From: Muribaculaceae bacterium
Lineage (GTDB): Bacteria > Bacteroidota > Bacteroidia > Bacteroidales > Muribaculaceae
Direction of reading: 5' to 3'
Assembly (NCBI GenBank): GCA_017889945.1
Contig: JAGAOW010000059.1
Coordinates: 11,083 to 75,082 of the forward strand
Length of the DNA stretch: 64,000 nt
The notes under the pieces were generated by a model. That model worked only from the letters and a program-made list of their open reading frames with translations. It was not told the DNA's origin and did no database searches. A program made the position numbers and the translations under genes. Of this stretch, positions 59,770 through 64,000 are shown one piece after another (the stretch's first letter is position 1; each line of letters starts with the position of its first letter).

Positions 59770-60431
59770 TACCAGTCGATTGCTTGTTGACCGTGAGAGA
59801 CGAGCCATTGGTTGGCTTGTGAAAAATGACGGCATCCGAAAAAGCCGCGATAGGCCGACAGCGGAGAGGGGTGGGGCGCTGTCAGGACAAGATGTCGCGA
59901 GCGGTCGATGAACGAGCCTTTGCGTATTGCATAGCTGCCCCAGAGCATAAACACCAGACCCTCGCGTTGCTCGGCGAGTCTGCGCACGGCTGCATCTGTA
60001 AATTCCTCCCAGCCCTTTCCCTGATGAGAGCCTGCTTGGTGGGCGTCGACAGTCAGAGTCGCGTTGAGCAGAAGTACACCTTGCTTCGCCCACCGCTCAA
60101 GATTTCCGTCGGAAGGCATAGCTTTGCCGAGGTCCGACGAAATTTCCTTGAAAATGTTGACGAGCGACGGCGGCAGTTCGACTCCTTCGTTGACCGAGAA
60201 GCAGAGACCGTTGGCCTGACCCGGCCCGTGGTAGGGGTCTTGTCCGAGAATGACCACTTTGACCTTGTCGAACGGACAGGCGTCGAAAGCGGCAAAAATC
60301 TTACCCGCAGGGGGATATACGGTAGTCTGAGCATAGCGCTGACGTACGAAGTTGGCGAGACTTTCGAAATAGGGCATTTCCCATTGCGATGCAAGCTGCT
60401 CGTTCCACGATTTGTCGATGCGTACGTTCAT
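59769..60431 (-). CDS. ung: Uracil-DNA glycosylase (family 1)
   Basis: GQDPYH, GVLLLN and HPSPLS. Confidence 0.96.
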   Translation of the reverse strand: MNVRIDKSWNEQLASQWEMPYFESLANFVRQRYAQTTVYPPAGKIFAAFDACPFDKVKVVILGQDPYHGPGQANGLCFSVNEGVELPPSLVNIFKEISSDLGKAMPSDGNLERWAKQGVLLLNATLTVDAHQAGSHQGKGWEEFTDAAVRRLAEQREGLVFMLWGSYAIRKGSFIDRSRHLVLTAPHPSPLSAYRGFFGCRHFSQANQWLVSHGQQAIDW

Positions 60432-60516
60432 ATATAAATGTAGAGACTTGAGATTCTTTTTGCAAATCTACGAAATTAATCTTAAATTTGCGTTGTTTTA
60501 GCATGAAGAACCGTAG

Positions 60517-60588
60517 GCACCCGTATTTCAATGGATAGAATAAAGGATTCCGGTTCCTTAGATTAGGGTTCGATTCCCTACGGGTGTA
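60517..60588 (+). tRNA. tRNA-Arg (CCG)
   Basis: Acceptor GCACCCG/CGGGTGT, anticodon arm AAGGA-TTCCGGT-TCCTT, T-arm TAGGG-TTCGATT-CCCTA. CCA is not encoded. Confidence 0.92.
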
Positions 60589-60644
60589 CTTTTTTCTAAG
60601 AGACAATTAATTTTATTTCCCAAAATATCAAAACTATCGAAAAC

Positions 60645-61727
60645 ATGGCCGAAATTTTAGAAATTGCCAGGCAATTTGACCTTTCATCCGAAGCCATTGA
60701 TGCAAAACCTTGTGGTTCGGGTCTAATCAATGACACATATCTGATTACTACAGCATCTGAAGAAGAGCCCAATTACATTCTTCAACGTATCAATCATTCG
60801 ATTTTTACCGATGTAGACCTTCTTCAGGAGAACATGGTAAAAATTACCGAGCATATCCGCAAGCGTCTTCAGCAGGCGGGTGCTAAGGACATCGACCGCC
60901 GCACTCTTACAGTCATACCGACCAAGGACGGCAAACTGTACTATTATGACGGCGAAAGCTACTGGCGCGTGACTATCGCAATCCGCGACAGCTTTACCCA
61001 CGAGCAGGCAACTCCCGAAATGGCCTACCGCACAGGCCGCGCATTCGGCGAATTCCACGCTTATTTCATCGGCGACGACATCCCTCAGCTGGGAGAGACT
61101 ATCCCCGATTTCCACAACATGTCGGCCCGTCTGCAGCAGCTTCGCGACGCTGTCAAGGCTGATAAAGTCGGCCGTCTTGCCAAAGCACAGCCCATAGTCG
61201 ACGAATTCCTCTCTCGTGCCGAGGAAATGACTCTGGCCGAAAGACTCTATGCAGAAGGCAAACTGCCCAAACGCATTTCCCACTGCGACACCAAAGTTAA
61301 TAACATCCTTTTTGATGCCGACGACAATCTGCTGTGTGTGATTGACCTCGACACCACTATGCCGGGCTTCGTCCTGTCTGACTTCGGCGACTTTATCCGC
61401 ACAGCCGGCAACACCGGTCTCGAAGATGACACCGATTTGTCGCGCGTAGGCCTCAACATGGATGTCTTCCGTGCATTCACAAAAGGTTATATCGAGACAG
61501 CAGCTCCCATGCTGACTGAAGTTGAGAAAAAACTTCTGCCTTTCGGCGCAAAGCTTCTGACTTACATGACCGCCGTGCGTTTCCTCACTGACTACCTCAA
61601 GGGCGACGTCTACTTCAAGACTCAATATCCCGAGCACAACTGGCAGCGCACCCTCGCGCAGCGTCAGTTGCTCAAGAGCCTCGACGAGCACACGGCCGAG
61701 ATGGACGCATATATCGCATCGCTATAA
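60645..61727 (+). CDS. APH-fold kinase, N-acetylhexosamine 1-kinase-like
   Basis: GLINDT, YILQRINH, HCDTKVNN, IDLDT and DFGD. Confidence 0.85.
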   Translation: MAEILEIARQFDLSSEAIDAKPCGSGLINDTYLITTASEEEPNYILQRINHSIFTDVDLLQENMVKITEHIRKRLQQAGAKDIDRRTLTVIPTKDGKLYYYDGESYWRVTIAIRDSFTHEQATPEMAYRTGRAFGEFHAYFIGDDIPQLGETIPDFHNMSARLQQLRDAVKADKVGRLAKAQPIVDEFLSRAEEMTLAERLYAEGKLPKRISHCDTKVNNILFDADDNLLCVIDLDTTMPGFVLSDFGDFIRTAGNTGLEDDTDLSRVGLNMDVFRAFTKGYIETAAPMLTEVEKKLLPFGAKLLTYMTAVRFLTDYLKGDVYFKTQYPEHNWQRTLAQRQLLKSLDEHTAEMDAYIASL

Positions 61728-61752
61728 ATCATTTTTACAATAAACCAATCTG

Positions 61753-63165
61753 ATGAAAAAATCCAGTATTTATTTAGTCCTCTTGTCGGCGGCTGTAGTG
61801 TTGTTGTCGGCATGTTCGTCGGGTAAAAGCGACGGAAAGTATGAAATTGCTGATGGCATTATAAAGACAGTCGTCCCCGAACGCCCCGAAGGCCAAAAGG
61901 ATGTAGTCGGGCTGCGTCTGCCGCCTATGGACTCGGTAAGGGTCGGTTTCATCGGATTGGGTATGCGTGGTCCTGATGCTGTCAGACGATACAGCAACAT
62001 CGACCGCACATCGATCAAAGCGCTGTGCGACAAGCATGCCGACCGCGTTGAGCGTGCGCAGAACATACTCACAGACAACGGCCGTCCGGCTGCTGCTGAA
62101 TATGTCGGCGATTCGGCATGGATGGAACTTTGTCAGCGTCCCGACATCGATCTTGTATATATCTGCACCGATTGGAACAACCATGTGCCTATGGCTGTCT
62201 ACGCCATGGAACAAGGCAAAAACGTGGCTGTCGAAGTGCCTGCAGCTCAAAATCTCGACGAATGCTGGCAGCTTGTCAACACCGCCGAGAAAATGCAGAA
62301 ACACTGCATGATGCTTGAGAATTGCGTTTATGACTTCTTTGAACTCACAACGCTCAACATGGCTCAGCAGGGCCTGTTCGGCGACATACTCCATGTCGAA
62401 GGCTCATATATCCACAATCTCGAGGATTTCTGGAACGAATATGAAGGCAACTGGCGTCTCGATTTCAACGAGAAACACCGTGGCGATGTTTACGCAACCC
62501 ACGGCATGGGCCCTGCTGCTCAGCTTGTCAATCTCCACCGCGGCAATAAGATGAATTATCTTGTCGCTATGGACAGCAAGGCTCTGACCGGCCCGAAGAT
62601 GGTTGAGCGTCAGGGACGCAAGTCGGAGAACTTCCAGAATGGCGACCACACCATGACTATGATCATGACCGAAAACGGCCAGACTATGCACATCCAGCAC
62701 GATGTGATGAATCCGCGTCCTTATTCGCGCATGTATCAGCTGACCGGTACAGAAGGATTTGCCAATAAATATCCTTTCGAAGGTTATGCTTTCCGAGAAC
62801 TCCGTGACAGCACCGTAGCTCCTGACCACCAGAATCTGTCGGCTCACGATTTCGTGCCCGTAGAAGTCAAGGATGCATTGCTGCAGAAGTATAAACACCC
62901 CATTCAGATCGAACTTGAAGAACGTGCAAAAGAAGTCGGCGGTCACGGCGGCATGGATTTCATCATGGATTCGCGTCTTGTCTATTGCCTGCTCAACGGT
63001 CTTCCCCTCGACGAAGATGTTTATGACGCCGCTGAATGGTCGTCGCTCGGCGAGCTGACACGCATTTCGCTTGAAAACAACTCGGCTCCGGTCGAAGTTC
63101 CCGATTTCACACGCGGCGCGTGGAACAAGCTCAAAGGCTATCATCACTACATGGTGGGCGAATAA
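61753..63165 (+). CDS. GH109-like NAD-dependent glycosidase (alpha-N-acetylgalactosaminidase), lipoprotein
   Basis: Lipobox LSAC, GLGMRG, EVPAA, MMLENCVY, YATHG and GGHGGMD. Confidence 0.9.
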   Translation: MKKSSIYLVLLSAAVVLLSACSSGKSDGKYEIADGIIKTVVPERPEGQKDVVGLRLPPMDSVRVGFIGLGMRGPDAVRRYSNIDRTSIKALCDKHADRVERAQNILTDNGRPAAAEYVGDSAWMELCQRPDIDLVYICTDWNNHVPMAVYAMEQGKNVAVEVPAAQNLDECWQLVNTAEKMQKHCMMLENCVYDFFELTTLNMAQQGLFGDILHVEGSYIHNLEDFWNEYEGNWRLDFNEKHRGDVYATHGMGPAAQLVNLHRGNKMNYLVAMDSKALTGPKMVERQGRKSENFQNGDHTMTMIMTENGQTMHIQHDVMNPRPYSRMYQLTGTEGFANKYPFEGYAFRELRDSTVAPDHQNLSAHDFVPVEVKDALLQKYKHPIQIELEERAKEVGGHGGMDFIMDSRLVYCLLNGLPLDEDVYDAAEWSSLGELTRISLENNSAPVEVPDFTRGAWNKLKGYHHYMVGE

Positions 63166-63190
63166 TTGATACCAAAGTCTGATTGATAAT

Positions 63191-63240
63191 AAAAAGGAGT
63201 GGTCCGGGCCGTTTGATTTATGGCAATGACCGCTCCTTTT
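63191..63240 (+). terminator. Hairpin/terminator between GH109 and GH97
   Basis: aaaaggagtggtc...gaccgctcctttt. Confidence 0.7.
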
Positions 63241-63273
63241 CGATGTCAAATAATAACTGATTTTTAAGATTAT

Positions 63274-64000
63274 ATGCTTTTTCGAAATATCATTTTGACG
63301 ACTGCGCTGTTGCTGTCGGCAGGCATTGCCGGTGCAGCCGAGTTGCTTTCGCCAGATGGCAATGTAAAACTGACGTTTGACCTGACAGCTCAGGGCGAGC
63401 CATCTTATACGCTATCATACAAGGACAAACCTGTAGTCAATAACAGTCTGTTGGGATTGAAGCTCAAAGATGGCAAAGATCTCGTCGACGGATTTGTCAT
63501 TGCCGGCGAAACCACAAGTTCATTTGATGAGACCTGGCGACCTGTATGGGGCGAAGAATCGGAAATCCGGAATAACTATAACGAGTTGGCTGTCACTCTC
63601 GAACAACCCGCAACCGGCCGCAGAATGCTGCTGCGTTTCAGGGCTTTTGACGATGGCGCGGGTCTGAGATATGAATTCCAGTGGGCCGACGGCGATATGC
63701 AGGCTTTTACGATAGCCGACGAACGTACCGAATTTGCCATTCCCTCCGACGCTACCGCCTATTGGATTCCCGGCGACAATGACTCGCAGGAGTACAATTA
63801 TACCCGTTCGCGCCTCTCCGAAATCAGATCCAATATGGATGCGGCTCATGTCGGCGGACCGCTTTTCCCCTCGTTGTCATCGCCGACAGGCGTTCAGACC
63901 GCCCTTATGATGAAATATGACGACGGGCTGTATGTCAACATTCACGAAGCCGCAGTTCTCGACTATCCGGCTATGAATCTATCACTCGACGAAGCCCGGC
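63274..64000 (+). CDS. Glycoside hydrolase family 97 (partial, runs off the window)
   Basis: Manual translation: signal peptide, LSPDG, DETWRPVWGEESEIRNNYNEL, RFRAFDDG and QTALMMK...NIHEAA. Absent from the ORF track. Confidence 0.88.
   Translation, partial: MLFRNIILTTALLLSAGIAGAAELLSPDGNVKLTFDLTAQGEPSYTLSYKDKPVVNNSLLGLKLKDGKDLVDGFVIAGETTSSFDETWRPVWGEESEIRNNYNELAVTLEQPATGRRMLLRFRAFDDGAGLRYEFQWADGDMQAFTIADERTEFAIPSDATAYWIPGDNDSQEYNYTRSRLSEIRSNMDAAHVGGPLFPSLSSPTGVQTALMMKYDDGLYVNIHEAAVLDYPAMNLSLDEAR

Noticed and set aside
60517-60645. Genomic island integrated at tRNA-Arg
   Set aside because: No integrase, no duplicated tRNA 3' end in the window, and downstream genes have host-like composition.
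244-63849. Numerous long antisense or alternate-frame ORFs in the track (e.g. 1388..2389, 20063..21241, 22134..23288, 60723..61691)
   Set aside because: They shadow well-supported genes, which is expected from GC-rich codon bias, and show no recognisable motifs.

Overview
A 64-kb chromosomal segment from a Bacteroidales bacterium, with gene content and style suggesting Muribaculaceae; TAnnTTTG-type promoters occur throughout. Most genes are housekeeping: folP, typA, parC, rpmE2, proC, a pheA-aminotransferase-DAHP/CM-tyrA operon, miaA, aroC, ybaK, priA, mutL, glycine-lipid acyltransferases, dxs, trkAH, ung and tRNA-Arg(CCG). There is also a BlaI/BlaR1-TonB pair, an AT-rich T9SS LRR surface-protein gene and a NahK-like kinase/GH109/GH97 cluster. 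I found no integrase, transposase or CRISPR array. The most interesting signals lie outside the ORF track: (1) a Phe/Tyr-rich 23-aa leader peptide with a terminator and antiterminator upstream of pheA; (2) an ~860-bp gene-free gap (41174-42037) behind a SusR-like regulator, containing two promoter-driven candidate ncRNAs, one a long bulged rod and one a U-rich sRNA with a strong terminator; (3) a coiled-coil protein ending in a perfect beta-clamp motif (QLSLF); (4) a perfect 44-bp BlaI operator palindrome; (5) a duplicated promoter-bearing repeat. Four genes are broken by single-base lesions, several consistent with G>T/C>A changes, which may be sequencing artefacts.
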